Assembly: GCA_030613025.1 (NCBI GenBank)
Contig: JAUWMT010000002.1
Coordinates: 19,945 to 83,944 of the forward strand
Direction: 5' to 3'
Source: Candidatus Cloacimonadota bacterium
GTDB taxonomy: Bacteria; Cloacimonadota; Cloacimonadia; JGIOTU-2
DNA: 64,000 nucleotides
Shown in pieces: positions 48,561 through 59,260 of the stretch (positions within the stretch are counted from its first letter, which is position 1; each line of letters opens with the position of its first letter). The notes beneath the pieces are model-generated. The model did not search any database, was not told the origin of the DNA, and saw nothing but the letters and a program-made list of their open reading frames with translations. A program made the position numbers and the translations under genes.

Positions 48561-51500
48561 TTATCGAATTATTGCAATTTTACCTTTTTTATATAAATCA
48601 GAATATTTTATCAAATAAAAATACATTCCGGATGCCACTTTCTTACCAGATTGATTTGAAAGATTCCACTCGGCTCTATTATAATCTTCAGAAAGAAATT
48701 CTGCTGTAAAGTTGTTCACAAGATTCCCCGCAAGGTCAAATATATAAAAATCAGCAGAGCCCGAGGTAGGTAAGTTCTGGAAATAAATTACCTCATTTTC
48801 AATCGTTACAGGATTCGGGAATACAGTAACATTATCAAGATCGGTGATCGGGATCGTGATCTTAATGAGGTTTTTCCCGGGCAGAATGCAATTACCTGCA
48901 AGATCGGTCACATTGAAAATCTTAATAAAGTAGGGTTCGCCAACAGGTTTGATCTTATGGGTAAGAGTAAGTATGACTGATTCGTTATTGACCTGAATCC
49001 GGGAAATGCTGTTAGCTGCTTGCTCGGGGAATAGCAGAGTATAGTTTGAAGCATCTTCAGCACTGATATGATCAACAGTTTCATTAAATTCGATATAAAC
49101 CTCTTTGTCATTCTCAAGTGCACTAGATACAATATAAGGTCTGGTAAGATCTTCCTGATACATAAATGTAACTGATGTGTCTGCCATTGGTGTGTTAAAA
49201 ATTCCAACAATGTTTTCAATTTCGATTGTGAAGGGAGAATCTGTCTCGTCGAGTATCTCTGCAAAGGTCAGAAGCAAACTGAGCTGGCTGTTTGTCGGAA
49301 TAACTGATTCGGGATATCCATAGGTGTCCACATAAAAGTTTGAAACCTGCTCACAATCCTTGTGCAGTGTTTTATCAAAATTGAGCAATATACTATTCAA
49401 CGATACCATTTGAATTGAAAGCAAAGTAGGCGGATCAATTGGGATGATCTCAAGGGGCAAGGTCTTGTAACTTTCCTGTTCATCTTTCAGTGCGGATAAG
49501 TAGTATTTGTATAGACTGTCAGGAATGACATCAGTATCAAAATATGAGGTTTCGGTGCCGGGAATTGCTTTCACTTCAACATTCTGATTTTGCTCTTTAT
49601 AGAAATAGAAAGAGTCAGCAATTTGGGCATTCCAGGTGAAGGAAACAAGCTGCTTATTAATAGCTCTGCCAAAGAAATTCTGTGGCATGGGAGTTGAAGG
49701 AGCAGGAGGATCTGAAGGATAGGAAGAGAGCACGAGCATAAGAGAATCATTTGCATCATACCGGTTATAAGCAACTTCGAACTGACCGTCATTATCTGCA
49801 TCGACACATACCGGCTGATAGGTTCTATGGGATGAACCGACCCATTGCGGAACAATATCATAGGATTTTGCGGTCTGGATGAGTTTGAAGATATAAATAT
49901 CCGGTGCTGCTGCAATAATGATTTCATCAGCTCCATCACCATTAAGGTCACCTACAGATAAGCCATTATTTGAACTTACACCTGCGATCTCGATATAATC
50001 GAGAAGTGTGAGATTTCCATCGATGTATTTATAAACTCCGTAAAGCCAAAACTGATTATTCACTTCGTCACCTTTTGCATAACCTCCAACGATGAACTCG
50101 AGAAGCCCATCACCATCGAGGTCGCCAATTGCATTGTAGTATGCATTAGGAATAGGAATTTTCAAGGAATCTATTCGTTCAACAGAGTAATTATTATTGA
50201 TTTGATAGATCAGGATATCACCGTCGATATCAGAGAAAAGGATATTTCTTTTGCCATCATTATTAAGGTCGCCAAACCGGATGTAAGGGGAGAGTTCATT
50301 TCTGGAATAGGTATGGGTGTTATTGAGTATCCTGCATTCCAAATTAAAATTATCTCCGCTTCTGGAGTACACATCATAATAAGAGTAGGTTCCCATAATA
50401 TCAGCAGAACGAATTACTACGTCATCAATTCCGTCGTTATTGAAATCATAGAAAGTACCGGTATAAGCATCTTTGATGGAATTTACATATCTGCTTGGGA
50501 AGGAAGTTGAGGTCTCTGCTTCAAAAATAACCATAGAATCTGCCTGATTTCCAAGTATCTCATGGTTGCCGTCCCAATCTGTATCTCCGATGCTCCATGG
50601 AATAAATTCATTGTTCATTGTATGAACGATATCGAGTTTGTTGTTATCATATTCACAGAAACGCACAGGACCATAAGAACCTTCGTCTGGGAATTCCATA
50701 AATACAAGTTCGATTTTGCCGTTTCCATTGATATCATAGTTGTTCGCACAGAGATATACTGAATGATCATAAGAAGCGATTGGGTCGAATCCGCTTGTGG
50801 GAATTGTGCTATTATCAATTTTAATTGCATCAGAATAAATACCGGAAGTTGCAGTAAGACCTGCATGGTTTTGAATCGATAAAGAGAATGAGTAGGATTC
50901 ATCAGGAAGGTGTTGTGGAAGTCTCATGGTCGTGAAGTAGTTGTATTTTTTCTGAATAAGTGAGAAGGTGTCTGCATCGGCTGAAAAACAGGTTGCATAG
51001 AATTGTGAGGGCTCGGTTGCAGTGGAGAGGATGTAATAATCCTTCTTATCGAAATTATATCGATATGTCGAAGCAGTTGCATTTTCAACGAACTGAGGTG
51101 GTGTTCTATCCACATTTATTTTCACGATATCTATGAAATTTTTTCCATGAATATCTTTTACGGAAAGGCGGATGTAATAGGTTGAATCCTGAATTCCATA
51201 TAGAAGAAATGTGCCGAGAGTGTCATCAATAACAGGATCAGTATATAAGGTTGGCTCAGGGTTATGGGTGACGACATCGAGCCAGTCATTTTCAACGGGC
51301 TCCTGTTTGGTTGTGAACCCAAGAGTGTAACAGAAGAAATTTTCACAGTATGCAGTTCCAACGATTGGGATATTATGCATGTAGCCGGAATTATATGGAG
51401 GATAGAAAATTGCTGACTGGGGCTTTATATCAATTCCAGCATTTAGCATAAGTTTTTCTGCATTTATGATTCCGTATCCATAAATATTATCATAACCTTT

Positions 51501-52724
51501 TTCGCCAAGATCGTCACAAGAAATATTTATCAGATTGTACACTTCGATATTTGAGAGCAGAGGATTTTGCGAAAGGAGCAATCCGGCACATCCTGAAACA
51601 AAGGGTGCTGCCATAGAGGTGCCGCTTTCGTTTTTATAATCATTATTTAGAAAGGTGCTGTAAATGCTCAAACCGGGTCCGCAGAGGTCGATACCCTCAC
51701 CATAACTGGAGAATGAGCAGATTTTCAGATTTTCATCAACTGCTGTGACGGAAAGCACCTTATCGAGAGCTGCCGGGTACAAAAGCCCAACTCCGCCTTC
51801 ATTACCGGCAGAAGCTATGATAGAAACGCCATGATCATAAGCGTAATTGCAGGCATCATTAATAATGGGCGCTAAGATCACATCTCCCCAGCTTATGCTT
51901 ATTATCTGCGCTCCGTTATCAGCGGCATAAACGATAGCAGCAGACACATCATCATCTTCGAGATATCCACCAAGCGTGGTGCGGAAACCGGCTCTGAGAT
52001 TCATACATTTGACAAACCATGTAGTGCCTGATACTCCAGTATGATTATTTGTCTGAGCGGAAATAATTCCCGCAATGTGCGTACCATGTCCGAGGTCATC
52101 TCTAGGGTCATTATCGCGCTCCCGGAAGTCACCCATTGCATCGACTATATTTGTATCTGTGAAGTCCCATCCCATCCAGTCATCAATATAACCGTTCTGG
52201 TCGTCATCGATATAGTTATCAGGTATTTCACCATGATTTATCCAGATATTCTGCTCGAGATCGGGATGGTCATATTCAATTCCTGAGTCAATGATGGCAA
52301 TTATAACCTGCTCATTACCCTTTTCAATTTCCCAAGCATTATCTGCATTTATAGCTGGCAATCCCCACTGTTGATAGTAATAGGGATCGTTTGGTGTGAT
52401 GGAAAGCATCTCATTCAGATAGTTCGGCTGAGTATAAATGATCGATTCGTCTTTTTGAGAAAGTTCAATAAGCGCAGAGAAATCAATTTCCTTTTCACAT
52501 GTAAATTTATAAATATGGAGATCGGGCTTCTCAATAATTGGTTCTGATGACAGAACACCGAACAGATCAAGGAAATTATCAAATGCCTCGATGCCTGTAG
52601 TGCCGTCTTTGAATACTACTTTCTCAGAAAAACGTGCTATAAGTTCATGAGAAGAATAGTTTGGTTTTCCCCAAAGCTGGGAAGCACAAACAAGACACAA
52701 AAGTATGAGTGCGATCTTTTTCAT
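48561..52724 (-). CDS. giant secreted subtilisin-like (S8) peptidase with FG-GAP/VCBS-like repeats and T9SS C-terminal sorting domain
   Basis: Asp/His/Ser triad regions (AIIDSGIEYDHPDL, HGTHIAGII, GTSMAAPFVSGCAGLL); ...DGDG... repeats; C-terminal ~85 aa matches T9SS type-A CTD pattern. Confidence 0.85.
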   Translation of the reverse strand: MKKIALILLCLVCASQLWGKPNYSSHELIARFSEKVVFKDGTTGIEAFDNFLDLFGVLSSEPIIEKPDLHIYKFTCEKEIDFSALIELSQKDESIIYTQPNYLNEMLSITPNDPYYYQQWGLPAINADNAWEIEKGNEQVIIAIIDSGIEYDHPDLEQNIWINHGEIPDNYIDDDQNGYIDDWMGWDFTDTNIVDAMGDFRERDNDPRDDLGHGTHIAGIISAQTNNHTGVSGTTWFVKCMNLRAGFRTTLGGYLEDDDVSAAIVYAADNGAQIISISWGDVILAPIINDACNYAYDHGVSIIASAGNEGGVGLLYPAALDKVLSVTAVDENLKICSFSSYGEGIDLCGPGLSIYSTFLNNDYKNESGTSMAAPFVSGCAGLLLSQNPLLSNIEVYNLINISCDDLGEKGYDNIYGYGIINAEKLMLNAGIDIKPQSAIFYPPYNSGYMHNIPIVGTAYCENFFCYTLGFTTKQEPVENDWLDVVTHNPEPTLYTDPVIDDTLGTFLLYGIQDSTYYIRLSVKDIHGKNFIDIVKINVDRTPPQFVENATASTYRYNFDKKDYYILSTATEPSQFYATCFSADADTFSLIQKKYNYFTTMRLPQHLPDESYSFSLSIQNHAGLTATSGIYSDAIKIDNSTIPTSGFDPIASYDHSVYLCANNYDINGNGKIELVFMEFPDEGSYGPVRFCEYDNNKLDIVHTMNNEFIPWSIGDTDWDGNHEILGNQADSMVIFEAETSTSFPSRYVNSIKDAYTGTFYDFNNDGIDDVVIRSADIMGTYSYYDVYSRSGDNFNLECRILNNTHTYSRNELSPYIRFGDLNNDGKRNILFSDIDGDILIYQINNNYSVERIDSLKIPIPNAYYNAIGDLDGDGLLEFIVGGYAKGDEVNNQFWLYGVYKYIDGNLTLLDYIEIAGVSSNNGLSVGDLNGDGADEIIIAAAPDIYIFKLIQTAKSYDIVPQWVGSSHRTYQPVCVDADNDGQFEVAYNRYDANDSLMLVLSSYPSDPPAPSTPMPQNFFGRAINKQLVSFTWNAQIADSFYFYKEQNQNVEVKAIPGTETSYFDTDVIPDSLYKYYLSALKDEQESYKTLPLEIIPIDPPTLLSIQMVSLNSILLNFDKTLHKDCEQVSNFYVDTYGYPESVIPTNSQLSLLLTFAEILDETDSPFTIEIENIVGIFNTPMADTSVTFMYQEDLTRPYIVSSALENDKEVYIEFNETVDHISAEDASNYTLLFPEQAANSISRIQVNNESVILTLTHKIKPVGEPYFIKIFNVTDLAGNCILPGKNLIKITIPITDLDNVTVFPNPVTIENEVIYFQNLPTSGSADFYIFDLAGNLVNNFTAEFLSEDYNRAEWNLSNQSGKKVASGMYFYLIKYSDLYKKGKIAIIR

Positions 52725-52733
52725 AGGGCGTTC

Positions 52734-53639
52734 CTAAAAGTTATATGCCACAGAAAATCGATGAGCTGTACCGATGTCATTCTGATAAGGTGTGAAAGCG
52801 TAATCAAAGTTGAAATCATTGAGTTTTATTCCAATGCCAGCAGTGACATTTTGCTCATCATAGTTAATTTTATATCCCAAACGGGAGAAGATCATATCAG
52901 AGAAACCATACTCGAACCCGAGATTTGCTTTAAGCCCTTCAGAAGAATATTTTGCGAATTCTCCGGAAAAAGTGAATGTATTCTGGGCATTCATTTCCCA
53001 CAGATATTGAAACCCAAGCTTAAAGACAAGCGGAAAATTTATGCTTTTTTCTTTCAGCTTTGATGATTTGCCGATATTTTGGACAACCATTCCAAAATTG
53101 AGTCCTTTAATAAATGAATCATAGATAGCTCCAATATCAAAACCAAAACCGTAGCTTGCATCAGTATCGATCTTTTCATATATGAATTTCAGGTTTGCAC
53201 CCAGCGAGATGCCTGGTGTGATCCTTCGGGCGTATGTGAAGATTGAAACAATATCGAGAGGGTGGAATTCTCCGATCGTATCACCCTGTGCATCGGTCTT
53301 ATCGATCATGCCATAATCAAGATAGGTAAGACCCAATCCCCAACTGCTTTTGCCATTGCGCACAATAAGTGATGCATTTTCAATATTATTATCAAAGATG
53401 TAACTGTTATGATTGAAGCAGAAATTTGATGAAGGGCTGATCTGCACGGCAGCAGGATTTGACCATAAAATGGCTGCGTCTCCGGGAGAAGCTATAACCG
53501 CATCCGCTTTGCCGGCATTTCGTGCGCTAAGGCCGATCTTTAGTATCTGAAAGCCGTATTTCCCGGGATCGTCTGCTGCAAAAGAATTCAATACAATAAC
53601 GAAAATGAAGAAGATCACCAAGAATATTTTTTTCTTCAT
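52734..53639 (-). CDS. outer-membrane beta-barrel protein, PorV/PorQ-like (T9SS-associated)
   Basis: signal peptide; N-terminal FQILKIGLSARNAGKADAV...NPAAV resembles the PorV/PorQ N-terminal motif; C-terminal aromatic residue; adjacent to T9SS cargo. Confidence 0.5.
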   Translation of the reverse strand: MKKKIFLVIFFIFVIVLNSFAADDPGKYGFQILKIGLSARNAGKADAVIASPGDAAILWSNPAAVQISPSSNFCFNHNSYIFDNNIENASLIVRNGKSSWGLGLTYLDYGMIDKTDAQGDTIGEFHPLDIVSIFTYARRITPGISLGANLKFIYEKIDTDASYGFGFDIGAIYDSFIKGLNFGMVVQNIGKSSKLKEKSINFPLVFKLGFQYLWEMNAQNTFTFSGEFAKYSSEGLKANLGFEYGFSDMIFSRLGYKINYDEQNVTAGIGIKLNDFNFDYAFTPYQNDIGTAHRFSVAYNF

Positions 53640-53659
53640 AATATTTTTTTATCCTAATT

Positions 53660-53701
53660 TTTTATATATAAAATCCTCTCATCAATTGCGATAAGAGGAT
53701 T
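53660..53701 (-). terminator. hairpin aatcctct-N14-agaggatt downstream of the small Zn-ribbon gene
   Basis: 8-bp perfect stem at 53672-53701, T-rich tract follows on the minus strand. Confidence 0.35.
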
Positions 53702-53743
53702 ATTTGGTAAAAAAAACCAAATGCAATTATGAAAATAACAATC

Positions 53744-53938
53744 TTATCCTAAGATCTCCTTCTCGTTACATTTACAGATCTGAACAACTTCTTTCTTAGG
53801 AGACCATTTACAATCTTTATGTCGATTTCGGATAACTTTTATGGTAGTCATTTCAGTATTACATACTGGGCAGACAGCCTTTCTCTTACCGGCACTTGCA
53901 TGAGCTAATTTAGCTGCAAATGTTCTTACTTTAGGCAT
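53744..53938 (-). CDS. small Cys-rich (zinc-ribbon-like) protein
   Basis: start set at ATG 53938 (AAGGAG RBS 7 nt upstream; MPKVRTFAAKLAHA...); CPVC ... C..C pairs. Confidence 0.5.
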   Translation of the reverse strand: MPKVRTFAAKLAHASAGKRKAVCPVCNTEMTTIKVIRNRHKDCKWSPKKEVVQICKCNEKEILG

Positions 53939-53945
53939 TTTCAAC

Positions 53946-53990
53946 TCCTTTTTGAATTGACACATAAGTCCTTTGCACAAGGACTGGTGT
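53946..53990. promoter_or_regulatory. long imperfect palindrome TTGACAC-cAGTCCTT-gtgca-AAGGACT-tat-GTGTCAA just upstream of the Zn-ribbon gene
   Basis: seen directly; overlaps the expected promoter; candidate operator. Confidence 0.4.
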
Positions 53991-54552
53991 CAAGTTTTTC
54001 ATCGGGGATGAAATTATTGAATATTTTTAAAAAAAATAGGACACAGATGAACCCCGTGAAATCCTGCAAAGCAAGAACAGTAAAGCTCTTATTTCACAGG
54101 GTGAACGCTGATGGAGCTGATCGGCACAGATAAAAACATTGTTAAAACAAAAAAAGGTTAATTATTTATCGGTGAAAATTCTGGATTCCCGATCTGGTCG
54201 GGAATGACATTTTTGGTTTTGTTGGTGGTATATGAGATTAATAAATTAACAATCCAAAAAAAGAAAATTGTCATTCTGAGAGTAACGAAATGAAACGAAG
54301 AATCTCGCAAAAACGTTGATTTATCCTACAGGGAGATCCGTCGTCGTGAGTTAAAAATACCATCCTCGAGGATGACAATTGTTTTTATTTGAGGTAGCCG
54401 ACTTAGTCGTCTTAATTGCTCAATGCTTTTGCATCGAGACGCTTGATGTATTCCACAATGAAAGAATTATCTTGTCATAAGCTTGTCACGGCGTAGAGTA
54501 ACGGAGACGGATCGAAGAGCTTGTGATAAGTAATTCTTGGGCACATTACAAC

Positions 54553-55467
54553 TTAAGACATGCTCTCCGACTCGCCTTCATCCCGAGAATCGGGGCTACG
54601 GCGCAACAAACATGTCTCAAGTTCTTGAATCCATTTTATCTTTTCTTCGTCTGAAATATTTATATCATTATTAATACTGTTTATTGCAATCTCAATTAAC
54701 TTTTTGGCTCTTTTAAAATTATTTTTAATATCAATTTCCCATATAGCCAAAGCTTTCATTACTTCAGGTCTTTTACTTTTTTCAAATAGTTTTAAAATTT
54801 CTAATAAATTTTGTACCATTTCATCATCTTTTCCTGCATTTGCTGCTGAAATAATTAATGAACTAACTGTGCATCTAATGGTTCTAATACTTTTATTAAT
54901 CTGATCTTTATTTATTTTTAGGTGAATAGGATATTTCCTGATATATTCTTGCTTTATACTCGGAATATTAGATATTATTCCAAAATCTCTGAATTGTATT
55001 AATGTTGTTGTTATCTTTATTATATCGTGAAATTCCTCAAACCATTTTTCCTTATTTATTTCAATAACTATATCTGACTCAATTCTCTTTGTTTTTTTTG
55101 GCAAACCATTATACATTATATATTTTGTAATATTAGCTATATAAATCTTTTTTACTTTGCTCTCTTCGTTTTTTCTTACGTAGAAAGCAAAAACTGGTAC
55201 AGGTTGTCTGTTCCAATATTCTAGATGTCTTTTTTCGAATTTACATGTTGCTTTCTTATTTTTTTTTATCTTTATTTGTTCGCCACTTTTAACTTGCACC
55301 CAAAAATGCAAAAATCCTTTCCAATCTTCAATTGTCTCACAATATAAATCAACACCAATGTCAGTACCTTCAGTTACTTGTCTTACTAGACAATTCTCGC
55401 TTAACAAATGTGCAATTAGCGTATTTCCATAATTTCCAATTATCCTATTTTTATCTATTGTTGTCAT
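54553..55467 (-). CDS. standalone restriction-endonuclease-fold protein (DUF4365-like N-terminal domain)
   Basis: N-terminal GNYGNTLIAHLL...DIGVDLYCE...FWVQVKSG pattern; C-terminal tail (RRSPDSRDEGESESMS) reads through a palindromic repeat remnant. Confidence 0.45.
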   Translation of the reverse strand: MTTIDKNRIIGNYGNTLIAHLLSENCLVRQVTEGTDIGVDLYCETIEDWKGFLHFWVQVKSGEQIKIKKNKKATCKFEKRHLEYWNRQPVPVFAFYVRKNEESKVKKIYIANITKYIMYNGLPKKTKRIESDIVIEINKEKWFEEFHDIIKITTTLIQFRDFGIISNIPSIKQEYIRKYPIHLKINKDQINKSIRTIRCTVSSLIISAANAGKDDEMVQNLLEILKLFEKSKRPEVMKALAIWEIDIKNNFKRAKKLIEIAINSINNDINISDEEKIKWIQELETCLLRRSPDSRDEGESESMS

Positions 55468-55484
55468 TATATCTTTCTATCTTA

Positions 55485-58400
55485 CTACCTTATTAATACA
55501 ATTTTTTTTATAATTATATCTACTCCATCAACACTCATTCTTGTAAAATATATTCCTGATGTTAAATCATTAACTGAATAACTAATTGAGTAATCTCCAA
55601 TATTTTTATCTTCATTTATAAGAGTTGAAACAAGTTGTCCTTTTATATTAAATAGTTGAATTTTAACATTTCCTGGCTTCTTTATAGAAAAACTAACCGT
55701 GAGATTATTGATTTTTGAGCTAATTGGATTGGGATAATTTGTAAAATTGAAACCGATTATATCTTCTGTCTCATTAATTGCAACTGGTGTCTGGTCAAAA
55801 TAGTATGCTCCCATATCTGCAATAGTTCCATCGGGATCAAGTTGTGAACTTGGGTCACCTGCATCTATGCAGGGAGAATTTTCTGTTAGATTATAGTCTC
55901 CATTTGCAGGGTCTTCAAATAATGGATTTAACTGTATGTTGGAATATGCATCGCAACTATCTCCATTTGCATTGGTAGTTACGTTTATTCCTATCCATTG
56001 TTCACAATTATAGAAGTTACCATTTTCATTGTTATAAAAATCTGAATATTTTATGGATGGATTCCCTGAGTCTACATAAATACCATAATCTCCTATATTA
56101 TCTGACACTATTGAATTAATTATGATTGGTGAAGAACTATCACAGAAAATCCCCCCTCCATAATTCACAGCACTATTATCTGTTATCGTTACATTTTCTA
56201 AACTCGGAGAGGAATTATCATAACAGTAAATCCCACCACCATCATCAATAGCACTGTTTTCTGTTATAGTTACATGCTTTATAGTTGGTGAGGAATTATT
56301 AAAATAAATCCCACCACCATAAGCAGCAGCACTATTGCCTGTTATAGTTACATGCTTTATTGTTGGAGATGAATTACTACAGTTAATCCCTCCCCCCAAA
56401 CCATAACCATTTGTAATTGTAAATCCTAATAAAACAGTATTAGAATCTTCACCATTCCCAAAATTAACTACAGTTCCATTATTATCACCATTAATAATAG
56501 TTTGTGAAATATAACTTGTGTCTTGCGTAATTAGATATTTTGAAGCAATAGTAATACTTTTGCCGTTATAATCTATATTTTCAAAATAATTTCCAATATC
56601 TACCAATACTGTATCTCCTTCTATACATTGGTTAATTCCTTCCTGTATTGTTGTGTAGCTTAGTGGAATTAACATATAAGTGTAGAGTGTTATTTCTTGG
56701 AGTGTTGTATTTGAATATAATGGTTCATTTAACTTTTGAAAATAAAAATTATCTTTTAAGTATGTCATATTGTATAAACCATCAGGCAAACCAAGAGAAT
56801 AATAACCAACTGAATTTGTATATGTAGAATCCTTATATATACTAGGTGCAAATCTCTCAAATAGTACTTTAATTCCATTATGATTTGCTTGATTAAATAA
56901 ATAAGCATGACCATTAACCTCGTTTCCTTCAAATATTGTTATATAATCAATTTTTTGCTCTGTATCAGTTGAATCATTTAAATCAGTAACTGTGAGTGAA
57001 ACACTATATGTTCCAATATCCTGATAGATATGAGTTATTGTATCAATATATGATGTATATGTGGTATCTATGCCATCTCCAAAATCCCAGTCCCAGAATA
57101 TTATAGAATCATTTGGAGTAGATAAGTCTTTGAAATTTATTGTTAATGGTACATATCCAAACGTTTTGTCAGCTTTGAAGTTTGCTTTAAATCCTTGGTC
57201 AAAATAAAATGTTCCCATATCTGCAATAGAACCATCTGGGTCTAAATTTGAACTTGGATCACCTGCGTCTATACACGGTGAGCCCCATTGAAGATGGTAA
57301 ACTCCATTTGTGGGGTCTACAAATAATGGGTCTTCTTGGATATTATAATAAACATCACAACTATCTCCATTTGCATTTGTAGTTACGTTTACCCCTATCC
57401 ATTGTCCACAATTATGTAAATTACCATTCTCGTTATTATAAAAATCTGAATATGTTATAGACGGATTTCCTGAATAGACATAAATTCCATAATTCCCCGT
57501 GTTATCAGATATAATAGAATTTACTAAACTCAGGCAGGAATTATAACAGTAAATACCACCTCCATTATCATTAGCATTATTACCTGTTATCGTTATATTA
57601 TTTAAACTCGGGGATGAATTATAACCGTAAATACCACCGCCATTATAATCAGCACTATTATCCGTTATCTCTACATACTCTAAGCTCGGTGAAGAATTTG
57701 ATTCACAGAAAATCCCACCACCATAAGAAGTATTATTACCTATTATTGTTAAATTTGCTATACTAGGGGATGAATTATAGCAGAAAATCCCACCTCCATA
57801 ATCACCAGCAATATTACCTGTTATTGTTAAATTCTTTAAACTCGGCGAAGAATTTTCACAGTAAATTCCACCACCATGATTAGCATCACCATTCATTATT
57901 GTAAAACCGCACAAAAGCGCAGTTGAATCTTCTCCACTTTCGAATATAACAACACTATTTACATTATTACCATCAATAATTGTCTGATAGATATATGACG
58001 TGTCCTGCGTCGTTAAAAATAATGATCCAACTGTAATTTTTTTCCCATTATAATTAATATTTTCCATATAGGTTCCTGGTTGCACTAGAATTATATCTCC
58101 GTTATTGGATACATTTATACCTTCTTGGATAGTACTGTAATCTAATGGAATATTAATTACTCCACCTACAGATATATAATCTTCTTTTGTTTCAGTATCA
58201 GTAAATTTTAAGTTACCATCGCTTACAGTTAATGAAACAGTATATATTCCATTATCACTGTACGTCCATTGAGGATTCTGTTCGTATGAATCTATTGTTC
58301 CATCATTCTGAAAATCCCATTCCCAACTTGTTATTTCTAATGTGTCTAGACATGTTGATAAATCTGTAAAATTTACAGTTAGTGGCGCACAACCTGAGGT

Positions 58401-59171
58401 GTTGTCTGCTGTGAAGTTTGCGTTTATTTCAATATTTGGAACATCGTCACACCATGTGGCTCCGTAAATTGTTCCATGATTTCCATTTCCTGAAATATCG
58501 TAGACTATTTCTCCTTCACCTTCATTGAAGTTCCAATATCCAACCAATCCTTTTTCTTTTTCTGTTGTCTCATTATACATATTTGATTTTATTTCTTCAT
58601 AAGTTAATGCGTTATCATAAATTTTAACTTCATCTATAGTTGCATTAAAATAATTATTATGTACTCTCGGATGTCTTCCAATCTCAAAAATATTGTTAGG
58701 ATTTCCCTTTGTTTGAAAAAAAATATTTTGTTTAACACCGCCATCAATTACAATAAAGATTTCACTATTTTCTTCAAAACCAATTTCTACGAAATGCCAT
58801 ATGTCGTTATTTATGCAGCCATCAGCACAAACGGATACAATTTCTGAACCATCGCAAACATGCCATCTTAATCTATTATCTGGACATAGAGAGTACTTTG
58901 ATAATACTAATTCACCATATCCACTATCTTCTCCCCAACCACAAATAGCATTAGTTCCAGTCTCTATGCTTTTAATCCAAAAACTTAAAGTTAAAGCATT
59001 CCAATCATCAATATCTAAAATTATGCTTAAATAATCATCTTCCCCATCAAAACTGAGAGAGTAATTATCAGCTAATAGCGGTAAAGTTATTACCAAACAT
59101 ATACATGTTAATATGAATTTAGTTGTTATCCAAGCTTTTGCTCTTGTTTTCATTTTGTCCTCCATTTTCAT
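55485..59171 (-). CDS. giant secreted adhesin-like protein: LamG-like jelly-roll, PKD domains, parallel beta-helix repeats, internal duplication, T9SS C-terminal sorting domain
   Basis: signal peptide; PKD signature (WEWDFQNDGTIDS...YTVSLTVSDGN); many GGGIYC(Y)NSSPS beta-helix repeats; two ~400-aa halves highly similar; C-terminal T9SS CTD. Confidence 0.8.
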   Translation of the reverse strand: MKMEDKMKTRAKAWITTKFILTCICLVITLPLLADNYSLSFDGEDDYLSIILDIDDWNALTLSFWIKSIETGTNAICGWGEDSGYGELVLSKYSLCPDNRLRWHVCDGSEIVSVCADGCINNDIWHFVEIGFEENSEIFIVIDGGVKQNIFFQTKGNPNNIFEIGRHPRVHNNYFNATIDEVKIYDNALTYEEIKSNMYNETTEKEKGLVGYWNFNEGEGEIVYDISGNGNHGTIYGATWCDDVPNIEINANFTADNTSGCAPLTVNFTDLSTCLDTLEITSWEWDFQNDGTIDSYEQNPQWTYSDNGIYTVSLTVSDGNLKFTDTETKEDYISVGGVINIPLDYSTIQEGINVSNNGDIILVQPGTYMENINYNGKKITVGSLFLTTQDTSYIYQTIIDGNNVNSVVIFESGEDSTALLCGFTIMNGDANHGGGIYCENSSPSLKNLTITGNIAGDYGGGIFCYNSSPSIANLTIIGNNTSYGGGIFCESNSSPSLEYVEITDNSADYNGGGIYGYNSSPSLNNITITGNNANDNGGGIYCYNSCLSLVNSIISDNTGNYGIYVYSGNPSITYSDFYNNENGNLHNCGQWIGVNVTTNANGDSCDVYYNIQEDPLFVDPTNGVYHLQWGSPCIDAGDPSSNLDPDGSIADMGTFYFDQGFKANFKADKTFGYVPLTINFKDLSTPNDSIIFWDWDFGDGIDTTYTSYIDTITHIYQDIGTYSVSLTVTDLNDSTDTEQKIDYITIFEGNEVNGHAYLFNQANHNGIKVLFERFAPSIYKDSTYTNSVGYYSLGLPDGLYNMTYLKDNFYFQKLNEPLYSNTTLQEITLYTYMLIPLSYTTIQEGINQCIEGDTVLVDIGNYFENIDYNGKSITIASKYLITQDTSYISQTIINGDNNGTVVNFGNGEDSNTVLLGFTITNGYGLGGGINCSNSSPTIKHVTITGNSAAAYGGGIYFNNSSPTIKHVTITENSAIDDGGGIYCYDNSSPSLENVTITDNSAVNYGGGIFCDSSSPIIINSIVSDNIGDYGIYVDSGNPSIKYSDFYNNENGNFYNCEQWIGINVTTNANGDSCDAYSNIQLNPLFEDPANGDYNLTENSPCIDAGDPSSQLDPDGTIADMGAYYFDQTPVAINETEDIIGFNFTNYPNPISSKINNLTVSFSIKKPGNVKIQLFNIKGQLVSTLINEDKNIGDYSISYSVNDLTSGIYFTRMSVDGVDIIIKKIVLIR

Positions 59172-59260
59172 GAATTGTTAAAGTTTTCTTATATTCAAGT
59201 AATTCATATTTATACATCTTGTATCCTTTTAAAATTCCGCATAGTCCAGTATCGTAAATT

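Noticed and set aside
54361-54374. Perfect 14-bp palindrome catcctcgaggatg as a specific regulatory site
   Set aside because: Single occurrence in the window (contains CTCGAG); it sits amid degenerate element remnants and is more likely part of a decayed repeat than an operator.
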